Shown here piece by piece: positions 25,620-33,790 of a stretch of 64,000 nucleotides of DNA (position 1 is the first letter of the stretch; each line of letters opens with the position of its first letter). The DNA is taken from NCBI RefSeq assembly GCF_964204645.1, contig NC_134036.1:8682230-8746229 (forward strand). Direction: 5' to 3'. Source of the stretch: Tubulanus polymorphus (lineage: Eukaryota; Animalia; Nemertea). Made by a program: the position numbers and the translations under genes. The notes under the pieces were generated by a model. It saw only the letters and a list, made by a program, of their open reading frames with translations. It searched no databases and was not told where the DNA came from.

Positions 25620-26867
25620 ATGAGTGGGAGTTATATAAGTCCTTCGAAGAATCATAGAATATCTAATGCTATTAAAGCAGAAAGATCACATCATATAATT
25701 ACTCATAACCCTTCAAATATTAATCCCGATGAAACTTTATACGTTAGAATCCCTCGATTAACACAAAATACTTTTTATGTTCCAAACAGTATTTATTTAT
25801 CAGCTGATATAAAAGTAATCGGTAATAATAATAATTATGTCGTTGATAATGTTGGAAGATATTTGATTAAAAAGTTAACAATAAAGATTGGTCCGGAAAC
25901 AGTTTTCTCATTAGATGATTATAATTTATTTATGCATTATAAAGATTTATGGTTAACTAAAGAATATAGAAATAATATGATATTTCAAGGAATTCAATTA
26001 GAAAACCAAAATAAATTAAGATCAGAAGCTAATAGCGCAATATTAAGTAATGATGTAGATAAATTGATAAAAAGTATATCTGGAAGCAAATATAAAATTC
26101 CATTAGATTTTGAATTGATAAATAATAATGCACCTTTATATAAATACGCAATTCAAGAAGATATTATATTTGAGATAACATTTGCTCCTGTAAATGAAAT
26201 TGTATTATCTAGCGTTGTTAAAGATATGAGTTATAAATTATCGAATATATGTTTAGAATATGATACAGTAACTGATGAAAATATTTCAAGTATAATTCAA
26301 ACTAAATATAATCAAGGGTTTTCATTATTATATGATTATATTGATAAATTTAAAACTGTAACTATTAATGCAAATGATGAAATTATTAATGAGAATATTA
26401 ACTTTCCTAGAAGATCTATTAAAAGTATATTAATATTTTTTACTATTGGAACGTATACTAATGGCGCAATAAATGTTGATAATTATTATAATCCTGAAAT
26501 AACAAAAGTAGAAATAACTATCGAAGGAATAGCAAATAAAATATTTTGTCAAGGAATGAGAATGATAGATCAATGGGTAGAAATTAGAAAACATTTTATG
26601 AATGAAAAAGTAAAATCATCTGAAAATTGTAACATTAATCAAATTGATTATTATACCGGTAATAAATATGCATTATGGTTAGATTTTAGAACAACAGAGG
26701 ATAATTCATTACATGGTTCTGGGAAAAAACTACAAAATACAAAAGATGGAATACAATTATTCATGAAAAAGAATAAAGGAATCAAAAATTTTAAAATGCA
26801 CATTTATATTATATCTGACGCGCAATTAAATATTGTAAATTCACAATTAGATAGTGTTATGTATTAA
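25620..26867 (+). CDS. Major capsid protein (double jelly-roll)
   Basis: Intact 415-aa beta-rich ORF (HNPSNINPDETLYVRIP...YLSADIK...NVGRYLIKKLTIKIG...LSNICLEYD); size and context fit a Polinton-type MCP. Needs profile or structure confirmation. Confidence 0.75.
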   Translation: MSGSYISPSKNHRISNAIKAERSHHIITHNPSNINPDETLYVRIPRLTQNTFYVPNSIYLSADIKVIGNNNNYVVDNVGRYLIKKLTIKIGPETVFSLDDYNLFMHYKDLWLTKEYRNNMIFQGIQLENQNKLRSEANSAILSNDVDKLIKSISGSKYKIPLDFELINNNAPLYKYAIQEDIIFEITFAPVNEIVLSSVVKDMSYKLSNICLEYDTVTDENISSIIQTKYNQGFSLLYDYIDKFKTVTINANDEIINENINFPRRSIKSILIFFTIGTYTNGAINVDNYYNPEITKVEITIEGIANKIFCQGMRMIDQWVEIRKHFMNEKVKSSENCNINQIDYYTGNKYALWLDFRTTEDNSLHGSGKKLQNTKDGIQLFMKKNKGIKNFKMHIYIISDAQLNIVNSQLDSVMY

Positions 26868-26899
26868 AATTTTAACTTTAATAAAAATATATATATTAA

Positions 26900-27957
26900 A
26901 TGGAAGGTGGATATATGAAATACAATCTCCAAGTGAAATGATATCAGATATATATTATATATTACCTTATGATGAATACAGTAAGTATTTTGGAGATTAC
27001 TTTAATCAATTCAAATTCAGAATAAGTAAAATAGATAAGAATATTGAAACAAAAATAGAAGATAATATTGAACCTAAAATAGAAGATAAGAATGATATTG
27101 AATATAAAATAGAAGATGATATTGAATCTAAAATAGAAGATAATGTTATACCTTCTACATCGAATGATGATAAGATTGAAACAAAAATAGAACATAATAT
27201 TGAACCTAAAATAGAAAAATCAAATGTTCAACCAAAAGATAACATCAGATGTATGTATTGTGAAGAAGATTTTGATAATTATAATGATTATTTATTACAC
27301 ATCAAAAAAGATGAACATATTTTACAATTAGTAAAAACATATGCCAATATATATAAAGATAAATGCAAAGAGGATCAGAATTATTGTGCCTTCTGTAATG
27401 AATGTATAACAAAGGCTAATTGGGCAAAACATTATAAATTAAAAACAAAAGGTGGAAATGATTCAGCCCATGCAATACAAGTATTTAAATCTTGGTGTGA
27501 AAAATGTAAAGAATATGTAATATATGATAAACAATTGAATCATAAATACTCAATTAAACATATTGGTACAGATAATGTAATAGAAAATCCAACAGTTATA
27601 AATCCAAAATTTAATAATAAGAATATATTAGATTATCGGTGGTATAGAAAAACATTTATAGATTATTTCTTGAGTAATGATATAGTTACCATATTGAAAA
27701 AGTTAGATAACTTTAAACCAAATGTAACTTATGCAATGAACTTATTTGAACTTAAATATGATGATTTTAGAGAATTTTTAAATAAACATCCATCTAAAAC
27801 TGAAATCGAAAATTATATTCCAAAAATATTTTCAAGAGAAACATTCAGGAAATATAAACTCGGGAATCATTTAGGACCTATACCAATGAAAATGCAAAGG
27901 GATATATATTTAGAATACAATAAGCTTAAAGAAAAATATGAAAATGAAAAAGATTAA
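26900..27957 (+). CDS. Zinc-finger protein with KIEDNIEx repeats; probable true start TAAATG at 26900 with an early frameshift, or in-frame ATG at 26938
   Basis: CMYC-x12-H-x5-H, CAFC...HY...H and CEKC...HKYSIKH fingers; ~7 KIE(D/H)NIE-like repeats. Confidence 0.7.
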
Positions 27958-27965
27958 ATTCCATA

Positions 27966-28302
27966 TATATTGATGGATGAATGGATGAGTTGGATGAATT
28001 GGAAGAGTGGAAGAGTGGATGAGTATAATAATATATATATTTTACTTTTTAACACATAAATTGGAAGAATAGTATGAGTATAAATATAATATTTATATTC
28101 TTTATTAAATTTAACATAATATATATATATTATTAAAATAATATTTAAATATAGTATAAAATTGATTAAATAACTTCAAATCAAACTCTTACTGTTTTAA
28201 AAATAAAAAACATATGTAAATTATATATTATTACACTCATCCATTCATCCACTCTTCCAATTCATCCAACTCATCCAACTCATCCATTCATCCATCAATA
28301 TA
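27966..28302. terminator. Long imperfect inverted repeat at the convergence point of the two gene blocks (putative bidirectional 3'-end signal)
   Basis: tatattgatggatgaatggatgagttggatga... at 27966 versus ...tcatccaactcatccattcatccatcaatata ending 28302; arms ~70 bp built of GGA(T/A)GA(G/A)T units. Confidence 0.5.
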
Positions 28303-28311
28303 CAGTGAATT

Positions 28312-28893
28312 CTATAATATTTTGAATTTTGAACCTTTATTATTTTTTAATTTATTCATATATTCATTGTGTAATTCAGTAGGTATAATTTGATTTTCTT
28401 CTAATGATTGTTGCATAGATTTTCTATCTTTGTTGTAGAATAAAACTAGAAATCTTATATTCTCTCTAAAGTCTTTCACAATTGAATTATATTTCTGATT
28501 TAAAACCCAAGTTGTTATCCCAAAATGTCTCCCAGAGAAAGCTAAATAACATAACTCACTTTCTCTAATTTTAGAATCATGTAAATTTGCGCAATCATCG
28601 ATAATAAATAATGTATTAGATCCTTTATAAATATCTAATGCAATTTTTATACAATTATCTAAATTATCTTTCACTGTTTTAGAATTTAATATAATAAACT
28701 TTTTATCTTTAAAAACTATATCTCTATTATACGTTTCATTCATTTCATAAGTTGGGCAGAATAATATTATATTATCGAAATGATTTTTATAAATAGTTTC
28801 TAATAAATATAATATGAAGTGTGTTTTACCACAATTTGTAACTCCAGTAACTAACATATTATGTGGTTCAAATATAAACAAATCTTTATTCAT
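28312..28893 (-). CDS. A32/FtsK-like genome packaging ATPase
   Basis: Walker A GVTNCGKT, Walker B LFIIDD, SGRH arginine motif, VLNQ. Confidence 0.92.
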   Translation of the reverse strand: MNKDLFIFEPHNMLVTGVTNCGKTHFILYLLETIYKNHFDNIILFCPTYEMNETYNRDIVFKDKKFIILNSKTVKDNLDNCIKIALDIYKGSNTLFIIDDCANLHDSKIRESELCYLAFSGRHFGITTWVLNQKYNSIVKDFRENIRFLVLFYNKDRKSMQQSLEENQIIPTELHNEYMNKLKNNKGSKFKIL

Positions 28894-29998
28894 TTATTCT
28901 TTTAATTTTACTAGATAAAATCCATTCATTAAATTTATCATCATATCCTTTATATTTCACCAAAGAATACTTTTTTCCTTTAAGAGTTTTTGTTTTCAAT
29001 ACTTTTTCTATTTTGTATTCTATTTCATCTGGATTTGGTACTAATGATAATTCTTGTTCATAGAAATAACCTAATATTTCTTCATCTTTTAAATCTTCTA
29101 ATTTATAAACAAATGGTTTAGTTAATAATATCTTTTTAATCTTGAATATTTCTTCAGTAAAATTGGGGGTATAACCTTTATAAAATGTTTTTCGATATTT
29201 AGAAATTCTAACATGTTGTCCTATTTTAAATTTAGGTTCTCCAAAATTATGTGTAACAAATGCTCCATATAAATTATTCCAAACTATTTCTGAATTTTCT
29301 TCTTTTCTAGCTTGTATAGGTTTCATATTTATAGAACTATGTTTATAATTATTATAACCTTTAACTAAATCATCTAACACATCGATATATTTATATGTTT
29401 CATTAGCGGTGAAATATTTCCACATTCTAGTTTTCAATGTTTTATTAAATCTTTCTATAACAGATGCTTTTTTATCTGAATGTGTTGAAAAATATTCTAC
29501 ATCGTTATCAGTTAATAGTTTTTTAAAATGTTTGTTATAAAATTCTTTACCTTCATCAAATTGTATCTTATCTGGGATAGCTTCTTTAAATATAGATTTA
29601 AAAGCATTTGAAACTTCTATTCCAGTTTTATTTTTGATTGGAATTGACCATGCGTATCGACTGAATATATCTATAACATTCAGTATCCAGAAATATCCTT
29701 TGTTGTATTCTTCTAAGTTCTTCATATCAATTAAATCTGCTTGCCATTGTTGGTCAATATATGAAACCATAACTTTTCTTGTTAAATAAGTTTTATCCAT
29801 TTTCTTGTGGATTTGATATGTTGGTTGATTTTGTAACCATGATTTTAATTCACTATATTTTATATCACCGTGTGGGTGCCGTACGGCACCATTGCTATTA
29901 TCGGATTTAATTTTATTCCATAATTCTGAAACGTTAGAATATGATACTTTACTTTCTGGGTTGTAATATAACGCTCTTAAATATTGTTCTTTTTTCAT
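28886..29998 (-). CDS. int: Retroviral-like (rve) DDE integrase with C-terminal chromodomain
   Basis: WQADLID, IDIFSRYAW, QFDEGKEF, KASVIERFNKTLK; chromodomain YKIEKVL...YSLVKYKGYDDKFNEWI; consistent with the 6-bp TSD. Confidence 0.96.
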   Translation of the reverse strand: MKKEQYLRALYYNPESKVSYSNVSELWNKIKSDNSNGAVRHPHGDIKYSELKSWLQNQPTYQIHKKMDKTYLTRKVMVSYIDQQWQADLIDMKNLEEYNKGYFWILNVIDIFSRYAWSIPIKNKTGIEVSNAFKSIFKEAIPDKIQFDEGKEFYNKHFKKLLTDNDVEYFSTHSDKKASVIERFNKTLKTRMWKYFTANETYKYIDVLDDLVKGYNNYKHSSINMKPIQARKEENSEIVWNNLYGAFVTHNFGEPKFKIGQHVRISKYRKTFYKGYTPNFTEEIFKIKKILLTKPFVYKLEDLKDEEILGYFYEQELSLVPNPDEIEYKIEKVLKTKTLKGKKYSLVKYKGYDDKFNEWILSSKIKRINE

Positions 29999-30004
29999 CT
30001 TATT

Positions 30005-30391
30005 TTAATCCATTAATAATAATCTTGGTTTATTTTCAATGACTTTATCATTTGACTTATTTTCTGGTATGATAAGTTTATTGTCATCGGAATCATATTT
30101 ACCATCAGATTTAAATTTTGATTTATATATTACACCGGATAATATAATAACTGTTACTAATCCAATTGTAATATATAATTTATAATTACTTCCAGCATTA
30201 GAAGAATTAGATGGATTATTATTTGAATCAATACCACCGTGTGGGTGCCGTACGGCATCATCAGGTGATTCATTTATATCAGTTAATTTCTTTTTCTTAG
30301 CTTTTTTTAATTCTGATGATCTTTTACCTAATTCTCTTGCCCATTTAATTTGTTTCTCGGATCTAGCCTTTTTCTTAACTCCATCACTCAT
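30005..30391 (-). CDS. 128-aa protein with basic N-terminus and one TM helix
   Basis: KKKARSEKQIKWARELGKRSSELKKAKKKK; LYITIGLVTVIILSGVIY; TAAATG start. Confidence 0.75.
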   Translation of the reverse strand: MSDGVKKKARSEKQIKWARELGKRSSELKKAKKKKLTDINESPDDAVRHPHGGIDSNNNPSNSSNAGSNYKLYITIGLVTVIILSGVIYKSKFKSDGKYDSDDNKLIIPENKSNDKVIENKPRLLLMD

Positions 30392-30992
30392 TTATTTTAG
30401 TTAATTTTTGTTCTGATTCATTTTCTGTTTCGACGTTTTGTTGTAGTACAGCGTCATCTGTTTCGTTCTTACCTGATTTATATTCCATAGGTTTGATGTT
30501 CGAAAATGTTATGACGCCAGTAGAAATTAATGTCATAACCGATCCTAATTGAAATGAAGCATAACCGACCCATTTTTGTAATTCAGTCATAACTAAGTAG
30601 TCATTTTTCAAATCATTATATAATTTATTTTCATCATCAATTGGTATTAACTGGTTACATAATTTTGAATAACATTTGACAATACCATCTGAAATAGAAT
30701 CATTTATTTTAGATAATCTTGCCTCTTCATAAATCTTAAAATATTTTATTACTTTTTCTTTATTCATATTATCTAATTCTTGAAAAGTTATTGTTTTACC
30801 AATAAACTCTTTAGTTTTTCCACTCGCAATCAATAGTTCTAGATGATGCTTACAATATAAATAGTATTCATAATCTATATTGTTATTAACTTGAATAGAA
30901 TTAGAAACAACTGTATCTTTATTATCACTAATACCCAAATCATCTAATGTCTTTTCAATATCAATACTATTCTTATTAGATTTCTTTGACAT
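30384..30992 (-). CDS. Hypothetical 202-aa protein with a C-terminal hydrophobic segment
   Basis: Intact ORF, TAAATG start, overlaps the next gene by 8 nt. Confidence 0.75.
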   Translation of the reverse strand: MSKKSNKNSIDIEKTLDDLGISDNKDTVVSNSIQVNNNIDYEYYLYCKHHLELLIASGKTKEFIGKTITFQELDNMNKEKVIKYFKIYEEARLSKINDSISDGIVKCYSKLCNQLIPIDDENKLYNDLKNDYLVMTELQKWVGYASFQLGSVMTLISTGVITFSNIKPMEYKSGKNETDDAVLQQNVETENESEQKLTKINE

Positions 30993-31216
30993 TTATTTTA
31001 GAGAAATTTAATAAGAATAGTATTATAAGTATTCTTCAAATGATACTAGATAGTTAAAGCTAAAGAACTCTAGTATTAGTTATTGTTTTTTTAGTATTTT
31101 TTATTTGTGATATAAAGTATTCTTTTTTGAAAAGAAAATATTAAAAATATAATAGAAATAATAGATAGTTGAAGGTATGTAATTTTTATTATATTTTATT
31201 TAAAATCTATTATTCT

Positions 31217-31987
31217 TTAACCACTCATTAAAGACTCAACGTATTGTCCATTATGTGTTGAATTCCATAATTCAATATTTTTTTTTGCTTTATCCAGTTG
31301 ATTCAAATATAACTGTAAATCTATTTTATTAAATTTTATTTTATTTTCTTTCTTTTCAAGAGGTCTTAGATTCTTCCAATTCCATATTAACTTCTGATTG
31401 TATTCATCATTCATGTCAAATTTAGATATTGGTAACACATGATCAATATGAAAATAATTGCCATAATTATTTATATTCATTTTATCATCGAATTGAAATA
31501 TTATCCATGATTTGAAGAATTCATCCGAACAATCTAGTAAATTAGATAATGTGTATGAGTGACTGTCTTTACTGAATAATTGTGTTAATCTAGACCTTAA
31601 GCATTGTTTCAATCTAAAATTAAGATCTGTTTGATATTTTTCATTTTGATAATTGTTAATATTCTCTCTATTATTTTCCCTCCATTCTCTCATATATTCT
31701 GGGTGATTTTCTCTCCATTCTCTCATATAAACTTTCCACTTTTCTGGATTATTTTCTCTCCATTGTTTATCTTTTTCTTTATATTTTTCTGGATTATTTG
31801 CTCGATATTGTCTATTATATAGTTTATTACAAGTTTTGCAATAACAACTTTTACCATCTTTAGTTTTTTTATGTTTATTAAATTCTGTAAATGGCTTATT
31901 TATTTTACACTTATAACATGTCTTCTGATATATATTTATTACACTATTATTGTTTATATTTATAGCTTGTGATTGTTCTGGTTCCAT
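31217..31987 (-). CDS. HNH-type endonuclease with N-terminal Zn ribbon and REWRENxPE repeats (giant-virus homing-nuclease-like)
   Basis: CYKC-x19-CYCKTC; FHIDHVLPISKFD...WKNLRPLEKKEN; FRLKQCLRSRL helix. Confidence 0.8.
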   Translation of the reverse strand: MEPEQSQAININNNSVINIYQKTCYKCKINKPFTEFNKHKKTKDGKSCYCKTCNKLYNRQYRANNPEKYKEKDKQWRENNPEKWKVYMREWRENHPEYMREWRENNRENINNYQNEKYQTDLNFRLKQCLRSRLTQLFSKDSHSYTLSNLLDCSDEFFKSWIIFQFDDKMNINNYGNYFHIDHVLPISKFDMNDEYNQKLIWNWKNLRPLEKKENKIKFNKIDLQLYLNQLDKAKKNIELWNSTHNGQYVESLMSG

Positions 31988-33044
31988 TTATTATACATAT
32001 TTTTATTAAAATTGGTTAATATTTTATAATCCTCTTCCATTTCTTCGACTAACGTCATCCTTTTTCATTCCTCGCTGCTTTTGATAAGTCAGTTTCAATT
32101 CCTTGATATCTAAATAATACCACTGGGTAAAACGCTCGGGTGAGAGCGAGTTGGCTTCTGCGCATGCGCTAATTATAATTATATATTCATTCTATAAATT
32201 CTGTAAAATAGAAACGACCAACATAAAATATCAAAACGTGTTCGCACTAGGCAAAACCGCTCTTATAGTAGCGTTTTTGCTTAATGCGCATGCGCTAATT
32301 ATAATTATATATTTATTATTGAAACGACTGAACATAAAAATTCACAAATCAGATTTACACAATACATTATACAAGTTGTTCAGTCATTTCGTCCAATACA
32401 TCATTTGATTTCTATAAATACAATTTATAATTACAAACATTTTTTCAATTGCTGGTAAATATTTAACTACATCAATAAATGTTAAACTTAATCATTGGAG
32501 TCTTAATGTTTTTGAAATTATTATATTTCTTCTTCGATCTTTTGGTGATTCTATTGGTTCGATATCCATTGCTGTTGATTCCTCAGTCAGAAAGAGTATC
32601 TTGAGTTTCTCTATCGCTTCTTGATGCGTATGACTTTTTATTAATCTAAAAGATATTAGCGGTAACTCTAGCTATCTAAAAGATATACTAAATACACTTA
32701 AATATATCTAAAGGTTTCATATTTAATAGCCTTAATAACTACAACAAACAGTACTTACATTTAGATTTATAATTGTATACTATAAACTCCTAATTTCGTT
32801 TCGAAAGATAGAATATCCTGAGCACAATATTACAGCGTATGTCCATTTCCGGGGTGATTTCTAGAATGAACACATCGTTGATTATGCCACGTCATCTAGT
32901 TCCGGCGCGCCTTTCTAGAATATTCTACACGTTTCTGATTATGACGTGTCATCTCTATTCAGAGTTCCAGCACAGTTTGTAATATTATGAGTCATAATGT
33001 CTCGTCGTTATAGTAACAACTGTAACAGCTGTGAATTTATAGAT

Positions 33045-33305
33045 TTATTCTATAGCTCTGTACATTGAATGTATATAGGCTAAAATAGAATTATTTTCTA
33101 GTATAAACATCGTATCATCAACGTATTGTTCATTATTTGGATCAGTGTTCCATAATTCAATAAATTTCTTTCCTTTTGTTAACTGTTCTGAATATTCTAG
33201 TTTCAATTTATTCTCTAAATGTGTTCTAGTTTTATTGTGTCTTGCTTTTTGGGATTTATCTATATCGATATTACATGTTGGGCAGTAGTATTTATTTGCT
33301 TCCAT
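33045..33305 (-). CDS. Chimeric 86-aa ORF: PolB N-terminal Zn finger (from the TIR) fused to an HNH-paralog C-terminus
   Basis: First 38 aa identical to PolB; QLTKGKKFIELWNTDPNNEQYV resembles QLDKAKKNIELWNSTHNGQYV of 31217-31987. Confidence 0.7.
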   Translation of the reverse strand: MEANKYYCPTCNIDIDKSQKARHNKTRTHLENKLKLEYSEQLTKGKKFIELWNTDPNNEQYVDDTMFILENNSILAYIHSMYRAIE

Positions 33306-33790
33306 TTTAATACTATACTTTTTATTAAAATTGATTTTAGAAGTTCAATGATTTAAATGTTATTCATTTATGTGAATATTTTAAGAGTAATAGGGGTAAT
33401 AGGCTTTCATATCAAAGGTTTAATGATCGAGTTCATTAATAACATATATTAAAAGTAATTAAAAACTATAATATATTTTCATAACCGCGTGCATTTCAGT
33501 TGAATAATATAATAATTATTATCATTTGAATATATTTGATTATTTGAATTTGTGTATTGTAATTAAATCAATTGGTCGCGGAGCGGAGCGGTAGCGAAGT
33601 GGAGCGACCAATTGATTTAATACAATATGCATTTAAAATTATTGATATCTTAGAATAAATATTTAGTTTTGATATAAAATGCACGCGGTTATGAAAATAT
33701 ATTATAGTTTTTTAATTACTTTTAATGTTTTGTTTTTTAATGGGCTCGACCGTTCGACCTTTGGTATGAAAGCCTATTACCCCATTTACT
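33192..33790 (-). repeat. Right TIR
   Basis: Reverse complement of 15611-16209; followed by TSD GGCAAT. Confidence 0.95.

Larger units (their letters stand above)
15611..33790. mobile_element. Complete Polinton/Maverick-type endogenous virus (adintovirus/Polinton-like), 18,180 bp
   Basis: TSD GGCAAT at 15605-15610 and 33791-33796; termini AGT...ACT; ~599-bp TIRs; pPolB, penton, MCP, ATPase and rve integrase genes; intronless, densely packed and markedly more AT-rich than the flanks. Confidence 0.97.

Noticed and set aside
15611-33790. Bacterial prophage or contaminant contig
   Set aside because: Precise 6-bp TSD in eukaryotic flanks, chromodomain integrase, no Shine-Dalgarno pattern.
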